This document shows, piece after piece, positions 1 through 7,809 of a DNA stretch of 20,000 bases. Both the position numbers and the translations under genes were made by a program. The number at the start of each line of letters is the position of its first letter. The stretch's first letter is position 1. Source of the stretch: an uncultured virus (IMG/VR IMGVR_UViG_3300047496_000236) (lineage: Duplodnaviria; Heunggongvirae; Uroviricota; Caudoviricetes); IMG/VR virus record IMGVR_UViG_3300047496_000236; one strand, given 5' to 3'. Below the pieces are notes generated by a model. It had not been told where the DNA came from, did no database searches, and worked only from the letters and a program-made list of their open reading frames with translations.

Positions 1-1080
1 GGCGAGGCAGGTGAACTGGTAACCCCTGGATCTGAAGTTCGCGAGATAGCTAGGCCAGTCATTAGCCCACGGCAGGGTGGAGGCCTCCTCGAGGTTCTTC
101 TCGGAGACCAGGCGGGTCCCGATGTCGTAGGACTCCGCGCAGCACTCCATCATCCACTTCGCGAATTCGGTATCCCTCTTCTTGAGGAACTCGAACCACT
201 TCACCTTGTTGCGGCAGTGCATCGGGAAGATGCACTGGGGGGCATGGTGCCCCTCGAAGTAGTTCCGGCGTTCGGGGTGCCCGTGGAGCCAGTAGCCGTG
301 CTCCGTATCGATGCCCTTGTCGCACTTAGGACAGACGAGCCCGTGGAGGCCAATAGCGCTCTCGAGGTCGGCGCCTCGCTTCATCACGGAGGTGTAGCCG
401 CACCCCTTGCACTTGATGGCCCACTCCGCCATCGAGGAGTCCTTCCAGAGGTACTCCACGGTGTTCGAAAGCGACAAGGGGGTCCCCGCGTACTGCTCGA
501 GACCCCAGTCCGAGGCCGACATGGATTCCCGCATGACCCCCAGGAATTCCTTGTTGATGCCCTGGACTTCGTCGACCACGAAGCGGTCCGCGTTGATACC
601 ACGGGTGCGATCCGCATCGGAGAACGCGTATGAGAAGAACATGGTGGAGTTGTTGTGAGGCATCGTCTTCTGGAGAACGGAGTCCCGGCCTCGGAAGGTG
701 CGCTCTGCCACCATTTCTCTCAGGATGCAGTTGTTGATCGCGGGCTTCACATACAGGCTCGAGAAGCGCTGGATCTGCTCCTTCAGGGGCGTCACGAAGA
801 GGGTGTTGAAGTCAGAGATCGCAATGGACAACGCGACGCCCTGGTGGGCCTGGCTCAAGCTCTTACCGGTTTGGCGGGCACACTTCCAGAGGGACCGCTT
901 CGGGGGATCCAGTCGGAACATGGGCCGCATGGGCTCGTGCCCCGGGCTCAGGCTGTAGGGCTCCCGCTTGAACTTGAACAGGACAGGCAGCAAAGGCACC
1001 AGTGTCTTTGCGCCGCTTCGCTGGAAGGCGTCCAAGTAACGGTCGACCTCGGCAAGCTGGGCCGCATAGGAACCCGACAT
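1..1080 (-). CDS. terL: Terminase large subunit, gpA-like (N-terminal ATPase part; 3' end beyond window edge)
   Basis: Manual translation from ATG 1080 (in-frame ATG also at 1089) is open to base 1: MSGSYAAQLAEVDRY... Walker A KCARQTGKS, Walker B RGINADRFVVDEVQ, coupling motif YAGTP, then CKGC...CPKC zinc-type pair typical of lambda gpA-like terminases. Not in ORF track because no stop lies in the window. Confidence 0.9.
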   Translation of the reverse strand, partial: MSGSYAAQLAEVDRYLDAFQRSGAKTLVPLLPVLFKFKREPYSLSPGHEPMRPMFRLDPPKRSLWKCARQTGKSLSQAHQGVALSIAISDFNTLFVTPLKEQIQRFSSLYVKPAINNCILREMVAERTFRGRDSVLQKTMPHNNSTMFFSYAFSDADRTRGINADRFVVDEVQGINKEFLGVMRESMSASDWGLEQYAGTPLSLSNTVEYLWKDSSMAEWAIKCKGCGYTSVMKRGADLESAIGLHGLVCPKCDKGIDTEHGYWLHGHPERRNYFEGHHAPQCIFPMHCRNKVKWFEFLKKRDTEFAKWMMECCAESYDIGTRLVSEKNLEEASTLPWANDWPSYLANFRSRGYQFTCLA

Positions 1081-1130
1081 AGCAACCATGAGGACCACTA
1101 TGAAGGCCTCTGGGAACCCCGCAACATTCC

Positions 1131-1200
1131 GATAGCTAAGAAAAAACGTGACGCCCCCTAACCGCCGGGGGTTCTCCCCGGGCAGTTAGAGGGCGGCGTT
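1131..1200 (-). terminator. Long hairpin + U-tract + GCTATC terminator-like module
   Basis: Minus strand: GCCCTCTAACTGCCCGGGG-AGAAC-CCCCGGCGGTTAGGGGGC stem followed by TTTTTTCTTAGCTATC, just downstream of the stop at 1242. Confidence 0.75.
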
Positions 1201-1241
1201 TCATCCTTTCAGGGCGAGGATCCCTTTCGGGATCAATCGCT

Positions 1242-2375
1242 CTACGCGGTGGCCAGGGCCTCCTCGTTGCTGACTTCGTCGGGCTTTTCAGCCGGAGTGG
1301 TCAGACTGTTGGCCTCGGCGGCCTGGGCCTTGCGACCCCGCTTCCCCTTGTGCTTGTTCTTCTTGCTGATCTTCGCCCCGGGGGTCAGGTCGACCGGGGG
1401 GAGCTCGATCTGGCTCTCCGTGGGGTCCACGTCGGCCGCCCCGAAGGCCGCCACCGGGGTCTCCACGGAAGCCGCCACCGGGGTCTCCGCGGGGGTCTCG
1501 GGGGTCACGGTCTCGACCTTGGGGGTCTCGATCGCTTTCCCCGAGAACCGGGCGGCGAGCCGGGCGCTCGCCTCGCCGTAGGACACCCAGGCCCCGAAGG
1601 CCTGGATGCTGGCGAGGTTCACGGGCTGCCAGCTGATTCCGTAGGTGGTGGCGTCCACGACCACCATTTCGGGGTACAGCTTGTGCACGAGATCCTTCGG
1701 GATCCGGGATTCCGGATCGCCGCCCGCCGCGAGGATGAGATCCTCATCGGAGGTATCCAGGCTGAGGCCGAGGGCCTCGGCGGCGACCGCGAGATCGGAG
1801 CCCGGACGGATCTTGCCGTTCTTGAGGCGGCCTTCCAGCAGCTCCGGGATCGCGTACTTCGTCACGACCTTCCCGCGGACTTTGGTCGCGATGGCGACCT
1901 GCTCCGGGGACACGTAGTACGGCACCTCGAAGTCCTGGAGCTCGAGCTCGTGGGCCCCGTTCTTGCCCCAGTGGCCCGCCGCGAAGCGCTCGAGGGCCTT
2001 GCGGCCCCCCTGGATGACGAGGTTCTCCTCGTCGGTGGCGATGAGCTCATTGCGGCAGATCGAGGCCCGGACGGTCCGCGCCACGGATCCCCCGAAGCGG
2101 AAGGGATCCGCCAGGGCGGCTTCCCGGGTCAAGGGGAAGCCGCCTTGGTTGATGCGCCCCTCGCTGTTGAGGATGCCCACTTCGGCGGTGTTCAGGGTGA
2201 AGCCGCGCGCCGTGGCGTCGTAGGCCACGACCTCGAGTTTGATGTTGGCCTTGAGGTGGGAGGACCCCTTCGGCTTCCAGAGCATCGGCATGGGTTCCCG
2301 GGCCTCGTGGAGGGTCCGCACCATGGCGATGGTGGCCAGGATGGCGGGGATGGCGCGGTTGAGGTTGTTGTTCAT
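1242..2375 (-). CDS. Hypothetical protein (377 aa) with ETP-rich low-complexity and basic C-terminal tail
   Basis: ATG 2375 (MNNNLNRAIP...) preceded by AAGGA. Strong GC3 codon bias. The longer 2624 start runs through hairpin/intergenic sequence. Ends before a terminator. Confidence 0.8.
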   Translation of the reverse strand: MNNNLNRAIPAILATIAMVRTLHEAREPMPMLWKPKGSSHLKANIKLEVVAYDATARGFTLNTAEVGILNSEGRINQGGFPLTREAALADPFRFGGSVARTVRASICRNELIATDEENLVIQGGRKALERFAAGHWGKNGAHELELQDFEVPYYVSPEQVAIATKVRGKVVTKYAIPELLEGRLKNGKIRPGSDLAVAAEALGLSLDTSDEDLILAAGGDPESRIPKDLVHKLYPEMVVVDATTYGISWQPVNLASIQAFGAWVSYGEASARLAARFSGKAIETPKVETVTPETPAETPVAASVETPVAAFGAADVDPTESQIELPPVDLTPGAKISKKNKHKGKRGRKAQAAEANSLTTPAEKPDEVSNEEALATA

Positions 2376-2477
2376 GGAGGATTCCTTGGTGTCTTGTGGT
2401 GAGATCCCGGGGTCGACACGCCCCCGAGATCTTTTGAGGACCTGAAACCTGAAGGCCTGAAATCTGAACTGGGATCT

Positions 2478-2493
2478 TTCTCCGCGCGGAGAA
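2478..2493. promoter_or_regulatory. 16-bp perfect palindrome TTCTCCGCGCGGAGAA (operator-like)
   Basis: Perfect palindrome in intergenic DNA. Identical 19-mer TCTTTCTCCGCGCGGAGAA at 2475-2493 and 11438-11456. Confidence 0.55.
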
Positions 2494-2645
2494 TTACCCC
2501 ACCCGGACCCAGAACCAGTTCCTGGGGTTCTTTTCTTCCGGGTTCTTCTTCTCCCACCGGCCCTTCGGGGGCTTCGTGCCGGTGTGAGTCCTACCGATGA
2601 CGGGGACCTTATCCCTGCGACCATCGGTAGGCCTCGAAGCCTTCA

Positions 2646-3080
2646 TCAGGCCGCGAGCTTCGCGAAACTGTCGATGCGCGAGAGGTCCAGGCGGACCCCA
2701 TAGGCCGCCTGGATCGCATCGATCACGGACCCCCGCGTGTCGGCAGCCCGACGCGCGTAGGTGTTGCGGGCCTCCAAGGAGCACCCGCCGTCCTTCCAGG
2801 CGTTATTGGCCGCCGCGGCGAGGTATTCCGCCGAGGTGGCTTTCGCCGCCAAGGTGGGCCGTTCGGAGAACCAGCCCCGGAGCAACCCGGAGACGAGTTC
2901 GTCGTACTGGGCCTCCAGCTTCTGGATCTCGATGCACTCCGCGGCCGAGACGCGACCCGCGGTGGTGGACTGGATGACGCGGCCGAGGGCCCGCGCGATG
3001 CCCTTGATATCGGAGGCCAACCCGAGCAGCGCGGCGTCGGGGGCAGAGGAGACGGGAGCGAGTTCGAGGGTAGCGTTCAT
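2646..3080 (-). CDS. Hypothetical alanine-rich helical protein (144 aa)
   Basis: ATG with AAGAAAGG upstream, GC3-biased codons, same strand as neighbours, ends ...FAKLAA. Confidence 0.75.
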   Translation of the reverse strand: MNATLELAPVSSAPDAALLGLASDIKGIARALGRVIQSTTAGRVSAAECIEIQKLEAQYDELVSGLLRGWFSERPTLAAKATSAEYLAAAANNAWKDGGCSLEARNTYARRAADTRGSVIDAIQAAYGVRLDLSRIDSFAKLAA

Positions 3081-3186
3081 AGGGTGCCTTTCTTAGGGGC
3101 AGGGGGTAGGGAAGACGGGATCACTTAGCCCTCGCCGCAGCGGGGGCTAAAAGATCCCCCGTGGATGCCATCCACGGAGGTCGGTA

Positions 3187-3519
3187 TTACGCACTCACTG
3201 TGTCTTCGATATCAGGACGGCGGTGGTACTGCCACCACTCGGAGCCGTCGTATTCCCCGCGGGTGGCCCAGGTGCCATCCTGGAACCAGATCACCCCGAA
3301 GAGGTGCTGGGTACCGTAGCCGCTGTCGTACTTGACGTTGAGGCTCTTGTAGGCCGCGTCGACCTCGGCCTCAGTGAAGCCCGGCTTGAGCTTCACCTTG
3401 ATCTGGCCTCCCTCGAAACCGGGCTCCCAGCTGTCGACGGTGTGCAGATCGATCACGAGGGCCTCGATCGGGCCCTTGTCCTTGATGAAATCCATGAGTT
3501 CAATCAACGCGTTGGCCAC
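3187..3519 (-). CDS. Conserved phage hypothetical protein (YDSGYG...GTW..RGEYDGSEWW type)
   Basis: GTG start with AAGGAGG SD. The aromatic motif YDSGYGTQHLFGVIWFQDGTWATRGEYDGSEWW resembles a widespread small phage protein of unknown function (recognised from memory). Confidence 0.85.
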   Translation of the reverse strand: MANALIELMDFIKDKGPIEALVIDLHTVDSWEPGFEGGQIKVKLKPGFTEAEVDAAYKSLNVKYDSGYGTQHLFGVIWFQDGTWATRGEYDGSEWWQYHRRPDIEDTVSA

Positions 3520-3706
3520 AGGGGCCTCCTTCTTTGTTGGGGGTTCGTAGGCCTCTGCCGCAGCAGAAGCCTATGAACCCCCCGTGCTTCCACGGGGGTT
3601 CGCGCCCTACTTCGGTCCCGCCTTTCGGTTAGGGACCCGTTCGGGAGCCGACATGAAGAACGACATCATAATCGCATCAGGAAGGCCCTCCTGTTGGTGG
3701 AGGCGT

Positions 3707-3895
3707 TCAGGCCGCAGCGAGGACGGCCTTGGTCCGACGCTGCTTGTTCTTGCGGCGGCTCCGGGCGGGAACCGGGAGCTCCGCGGGGGCCCGCCAGGCC
3801 TCGTATTTCTCGAGGCCGTACTTGCCACCGTAGTAGCCCCCGGCAGCGATGGCACAGATGCCGACGGCGAAGACGAAGGCGGATGGGCTGAGCAA
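3707..3895 (-). CDS. Small membrane protein (62 aa), N-terminal hydrophobic helix ending YYGG, basic tail
   Basis: TTG start with TAAGGAG SD; hydrophobic AFVFAVGICAIAAGG; RSRRKNKQRR tail; ends AVLAAA. Confidence 0.7.
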   Translation of the reverse strand: MLSPSAFVFAVGICAIAAGGYYGGKYGLEKYEAWRAPAELPVPARSRRKNKQRRTKAVLAAA

Positions 3896-4064
3896 GGTGT
3901 TCTCCTTACCGTGCTAGGAAAGACCCCCGGGGAGCGCACGGCCTCCCCGGGGCAGATCAGCGCACTATTCAACAGTCCAAGACCCGGTGTAGTACATAGC
4001 TCGCGCTACATAAGTCCTCCTTAGTGGAAGTGGTAGAGGCCCTGCTTAGGGGCCCCAAAAGCCT

Positions 4065-4130
4065 GATAGCAAAAGAAAATGAGATGCCCCGAGATCCCTG
4101 CGCAACTCGCACAGAGATCTCGGGGCATCT
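4065..4130 (-). terminator. 22-bp hairpin + U-tract + GCTATC module
   Basis: Minus strand AGATGCCCCGAGATCTCTGTGC-GAGTT-GCGCAGGGATCTCGGGGCATCT then CATTTTCTTTTGCTATC. Confidence 0.75.
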
Positions 4131-4234
4131 AAATGAGTAATTGAAATAACTGCCCCGTCGGGCGTGTTATTTAGCCCCCACCAAAGTGGGAGCCGACCTG
4201 CCCGGAGCCTTGCGGCATGGGGTCAGATCTGTCC

Positions 4235-4303
4235 GATAGCAAAAGAAAAGGCAGCACCCATCCGCGCTCCCGGGGGTTCTCCCCGAGAGTCGCAGATGGG
4301 TAC
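4235..4303 (-). terminator. ~21-bp hairpin + U-tract + GCTATC module
   Basis: Minus strand GTACCCATCTGCGACTCTCGGGG-AGAAC-CCCCGGGAGCGCGGATGGGTGC then CTTTTCTTTTGCTATC; same apical loop as the 1131-1200 module. Confidence 0.75.
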
Positions 4304-4925
4304 GGTCTTACTTCATTCAGAGGCCTGGTTAGGGCGGTCTGAATCCTGCGCAGCTTTCGCTACACAGGCGGTGCCCCGGAACCCCGGACCTCCTTACGGA
4401 GGCCCTGGGTGTGGGAGCGACCAGTTGTTGGTACGGAGCCCCCTCGGATGGAAGGGCCCCGATGGAGAATCGCAAATCTACCCTGGTGTGAATCGCCTTC
4501 ACTAAACCCGTACTAGCCGATGCGGAGCCACATCCATTTGTGGCAATCCTTCTCTTCGGGGTTCAAGTGTCGCCAGCGCCCCTTCGGGCAGCGGCGACCG
4601 GTGAATGTGGATCCGATACGATAGCTAGCCATGATGATCCCTCGCTACAGTTGTCGACTGCGCGTTAATGGGTGCTACAGGATGTCTGGGAATGACGCCG
4701 CTGCTTGATGGTGCAGTCCGTGCTAGAGCCCGGGGAAACCATGCCCTGGCCCTGTGAGGAGCGACCTCTGCCAGAGACCGGAATGACTCCTGTGAAACTG
4801 ACCAGTCCATCCTCGGGGATTCCGGCATCTCTACTGCGCCGGAAACCCAAGTGCCAGGAGAACCCCATAGGGGAGCCCTGGCGGTCCTGGTGACCAACCT
4901 GATCTTGGCTAGGCGGGGGGTCGGC
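4235..4925 (-). ncRNA. Candidate structured non-coding RNA (class unknown)
   Basis: No convincing ORF. Minus-strand GNRA-capped stems at 4345-4368 (GAAA) and 4381-4410 (GTAA), long-range helix 4523-4615 enclosing hairpin 4569-4598, G-U pairs that work on the minus strand, ends in a terminator. Confidence 0.45.
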
Positions 4926-4928
4926 CCG

Positions 4929-5366
4929 CTAGCCCAAGTAGAACATTCCAATCGCACGGGCCACAGGCGCCCGCCGCCGCTCCTTTCGGATAACGGCGAT
5001 ATATTCCATGATGACGAACCCCAGCTTCTCGTGGACGAGAAGGGTGGTGCCGGCCCCTTCGGGATCATGGAGCGCGCGAACCTCAGGGGAACCCCCGGCG
5101 AGGAGCTGGAGCTCCTCGTCAGCGATGGCCCTGAATCCACTCCTGGTCTGCGCGTATGCGTCGATAGCCACCCAGGACTCGTACAGCTCCTTCCTGACGA
5201 AGTTGCAGGCGAGCCTGAAAGTTCCGATCGCACGCACCCGTCTGAGCTCCGCAGCCGCCGCAGCGCTAGCGGGACCCCACTCGTCACCTTCGGCGCCCAG
5301 GGCTGCGAGGTAGGCCTGGTTAGCCTTGTACTCCAGACGCCGTCGAGCTGCTTCGGCGTCGTTCAT
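4929..5366 (-). CDS. Hypothetical protein (145 aa)
   Basis: ATG 5366 (MNDAEAARRRLEYK...) overlaps the upstream TGA (ATGA), purine-rich upstream sequence, protein-like composition. Confidence 0.65.
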   Translation of the reverse strand: MNDAEAARRRLEYKANQAYLAALGAEGDEWGPASAAAAAELRRVRAIGTFRLACNFVRKELYESWVAIDAYAQTRSGFRAIADEELQLLAGGSPEVRALHDPEGAGTTLLVHEKLGFVIMEYIAVIRKERRRAPVARAIGMFYLG

Positions 5367-5629
5367 GGGGCCCTCGCCTTCTTGGGCTTCGGGATCCCCT
5401 TGGCCCTCACGAGCCTGACGCCTCCGGGGCAGTCCCAGGCCTTTGCCAATTTCTTGGCTCCGGCCCGGGGCAGCCCCGGCACATAGCACCACCCGATGCG
5501 GTGCCTCGTCAGCAGTTCCCGCTCGTGCGGGCCCGCTGCTCTTGCTGGGATCACGGCCCAGCGCCGACGCCTGCTGCGGCGCCCTCTGTGCCCCCACTTA
5601 CGAGGGAATGTGGAGCGAGGCGTCTCCAT
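5363..5629 (-). CDS. Small basic hypothetical protein (up to 88 aa)
   Basis: Fills the gap between two genes; starts 4 nt after the upstream stop; its stop overlaps the next ATG. Start uncertain. Confidence 0.4.
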   Translation of the reverse strand: METPRSTFPRKWGHRGRRSRRRRWAVIPARAAGPHERELLTRHRIGWCYVPGLPRAGAKKLAKAWDCPGGVRLVRAKGIPKPKKARAP

Positions 5630-5633
5630 GGAC

Positions 5634-5879
5634 CTAGACCGTCGCCAGCTTGCGCTTCGACTTCACCTTGGCCCTGGCCCTGGCCTTGCCCACGGCCTTG
5701 CCGAGAGACTTCTCGACCTTGGCCGTCTTGCCGTAGGCCGCCTCCCTGATGCGATCCACCGCCATGCTGACGGCGTCGGGGTACCGCCGGGCCACCCACT
5801 GACCGCCATAGATGACGGCAGCGGTGGCGCCTGCGGCGCAGAGACCCAACGCAACGTTGGGCGAAATGACGATAGCCAT
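5634..5879 (-). CDS. Small membrane protein (81 aa), hydrophobic helix ending IYGG, Lys/Arg-rich tail
   Basis: ATG 5879 with GGGGAGG SD; MAIVISPNVALGLCAAGATAAVIYGG...KARARAKVKSKRKLATV. Confidence 0.75.
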   Translation of the reverse strand: MAIVISPNVALGLCAAGATAAVIYGGQWVARRYPDAVSMAVDRIREAAYGKTAKVEKSLGKAVGKARARAKVKSKRKLATV

Positions 5880-5961
5880 GTGAAACCTCCCCTTCGGGGT
5901 TCTGCCGCCGGAAGTGGCGGACATCCAGAGGCCAAGCTGGGGCCTTGGCCACTGGTGTCTG

Positions 5962-6402
5962 TCATTTCTTCAGAGATGCCCTCCTGGTGGGCACCTTCGT
6001 CACGACGTACTCGGAGCAGAACCTCCGATACTCGCAGGGCTCCCTTGCGGGATCCGCAATCCGGAGGGTGTCCCCCCGGACACCGTGAACCACGACGACA
6101 TGAGGGATGCCGAAGTAGTTCACAGAGGCCACCAGGATGAAACCGGCCCTCAGGAGGCGCCTGGCCTCCGGGAACAGGAGGCGCTGACCTGAGTACGTCG
6201 ACCGGAGCCCGTAGGTCCTCAGGGCCTTGGCGACCCTTTGCACCGAGGTGCCGTCCTTGGTGGCCCCAAGAAGCGGAATGAGATCCCGCGTCGGGACCCC
6301 CCATCCGAGGCAGGCATCGATGACCATCCCCGTGCACTCACATGCACAGGTCCAGTCCCGATACTGGAGACGCCTCCGGAGCGGATAGAGCACGGTGCTC
6401 AT
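5962..6402 (-). CDS. Stand-alone C39-like cysteine peptidase
   Basis: Q-x5-C motif (LQYRDWTC), GTS..L...LRTYGL segment, catalytic His in PHVVVVHG and IADP motif: the C39/papain-like pattern. No ABC-transporter domains. Confidence 0.8.
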   Translation of the reverse strand: MSTVLYPLRRRLQYRDWTCACECTGMVIDACLGWGVPTRDLIPLLGATKDGTSVQRVAKALRTYGLRSTYSGQRLLFPEARRLLRAGFILVASVNYFGIPHVVVVHGVRGDTLRIADPAREPCEYRRFCSEYVVTKVPTRRASLKK

Positions 6403-6461
6403 TTCAGCTCCGGCGGGATCTCTGGATGGAGCTCCTGCCTGGCGTTCGTCAGCTTCTGCAT
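6399..6461 (-). CDS. 20-aa peptide MQKLTNARQELHPEIPPELK coupled to the peptidase
   Basis: AAGGAGG SD 5 nt before ATG 6461; TGA overlaps the peptidase ATG (ATGA). Confidence 0.5.
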   Translation of the reverse strand: MQKLTNARQELHPEIPPELK

Positions 6462-6576
6462 TGAAGCCTCCTTCCGCCCCTCAGGGGCTTGGGGTGAAGC
6501 CGAACCCCGGGCTGCAGCCCCGGGGTTGGCGTAGATACGGGCCTTGGAGGCCTGCCGTCTCCGGCAGGCCTCCGAG

Positions 6577-7185
6577 TTATCCATGGGTCACCATGGACAA
6601 AAACGCCGACAGGGCCCACAGGGCCGTGACGGCCCCGGCGCCGCCGAAGAGCTTGGGCCCCAGGCCCTCACTCTTGCCGATGACAACGCGCTCCTGCGCC
6701 ATATCCAGGGGAAGCTCGAGCGCATGCCCGTGCTTCCCGCTGAGCGCCGTAAGCGCGGCGCTAGAGACCTCCTCGAAGCCCGTCCAGTCCGCTCCATGAA
6801 CGGACCCGATCCATTCCTCACCCCTGGAGACCCCGGCATAGGTCCCCCCGGAGAGCTCGTGGATCCGACGCGCCAAGAGCTCGACTCGTTCCTGCCGGAC
6901 GACCGCGCCGAAGAAGCGGTCGATCGCCTCCAGAGCAAAGAGCTTGCTATCGCCCCTGCTCCGCCCCGGGATAACGACGATCTCCCAGGGCCGCTTGCCC
7001 AGGAGGAGGGCGCTGAGGACCTCCACGGGGTCCTTGTGGGCATCGTGGTGAACCACGTTTCCCCATTTGCGCGTATCCAAGGTCGCCACCCTTCCCTTCC
7101 TCTCGTGCAAAAGGTTCCATTCGAAACCGCCTTCTTTCCAGGGCTTGATCCTGGTGAGGGTCCAAGGCCCATTGTTGGTCTGCAT
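6577..7185 (-). CDS. Hypothetical protein (202 aa) with C-terminal hydrophobic segment
   Basis: ATG 7185 (MQTNNGPW...) with GGGAGG SD; C-terminal LFGGAGAVTALWALSAFLSMV. Confidence 0.7.
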   Translation of the reverse strand: MQTNNGPWTLTRIKPWKEGGFEWNLLHERKGRVATLDTRKWGNVVHHDAHKDPVEVLSALLLGKRPWEIVVIPGRSRGDSKLFALEAIDRFFGAVVRQERVELLARRIHELSGGTYAGVSRGEEWIGSVHGADWTGFEEVSSAALTALSGKHGHALELPLDMAQERVVIGKSEGLGPKLFGGAGAVTALWALSAFLSMVTHG

Positions 7186-7509
7186 GTGTCCTCCCTGCCT
7201 TGTAGGCATATGGGGTAAACCCGCCTGAGACGCAGACCTCAAGCGAGCGGGGAATTCCGGATACCATGCCTCCGGTGGGGCATTGCGGCGATCTCGTTCC
7301 GCATCGCTCAGCTGTACTGCGCTAAGCCAGGGAACGAGTCCTCGTTTCCAGGGCGCCTTGATTGAGGTTGAGCGCGCTCCTTTCGGAGCCCTAGCCCTCC
7401 TCGCATTGCGCAGCGAATCGCGACCTGTTATTTACCCGGACAGGTTCCGGGAAGCCTAGTAGGCACACGAATCCTCCCTGCCCCTGTGGGGCATCCTGGG
7501 GTGAAGAAG

Positions 7510-7695
7510 CTAGACAGCCCTCTCAACCTGGCCCCACTTCACTCGCCACTCCAGAACGGTCCAGACCCCGTTCTGATGAAGGAGGCGACTGGGCAGCCAC
7601 TTGCCGTTCTCCAGGATTCCCTGGATCTCACGGCTGCGGCCGAGGGTGCGTTCGCACCGTGAAATGAGCTCCTCCATCTGACGCACTGAGCGCAT
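7510..7695 (-). CDS. Small hypothetical protein (61 aa)
   Basis: GGGAGG SD plus CTTCA-ATG leader identical to that at 6461. Confidence 0.6.
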   Translation of the reverse strand: MRSVRQMEELISRCERTLGRSREIQGILENGKWLPSRLLHQNGVWTVLEWRVKWGQVERAV

Positions 7696-7809
7696 TGAAG
7701 CCTCCCTGCCCCGTGGGGCACCTGGGGAAAAGGAAGCGGGGACTCGATGACCTCCCGCGGTAGCCCCCCTTTCTTCGGTTCAGGGGCCGGCAGCTCTGGG
7801 TACTGCATC

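Noticed and set aside
62..1161. Short ORFs listed in the track over the first kilobase
   Set aside because: They are shadows of the minus-strand terminase frame, which is open from 1080 to 1 and carries clear motifs
2376..2624. N-terminal extension giving the 460-aa version of the 1242 ORF
   Set aside because: It crosses palindrome, CTGAA-repeat and hairpin DNA with non-coding character; the SD-led ATG at 2375 is the better start
3607..4011. TAG recoding suggested by SD-ATG-TAG reading into the 3607-3972 frame
   Set aside because: The read-through product is not protein-like and overlaps a better gene. TAG acts as a normal stop elsewhere (1242, 5634, 17188), and long genes have no internal TAG.
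4174..4183. GCCCCCACCA resembling a tRNA/tmRNA 3' end
   Set aside because: No preceding T-arm (GTTCRA) or cloverleaf; it is one arm of a local hairpin
7539..7808. 89-aa ORF MQYPELPAPEPKK...
   Set aside because: It overlaps the SD-supported 7510-7695 ORF in another frame and its SD is distant and hairpin-sequestered; not excluded, but not supportable
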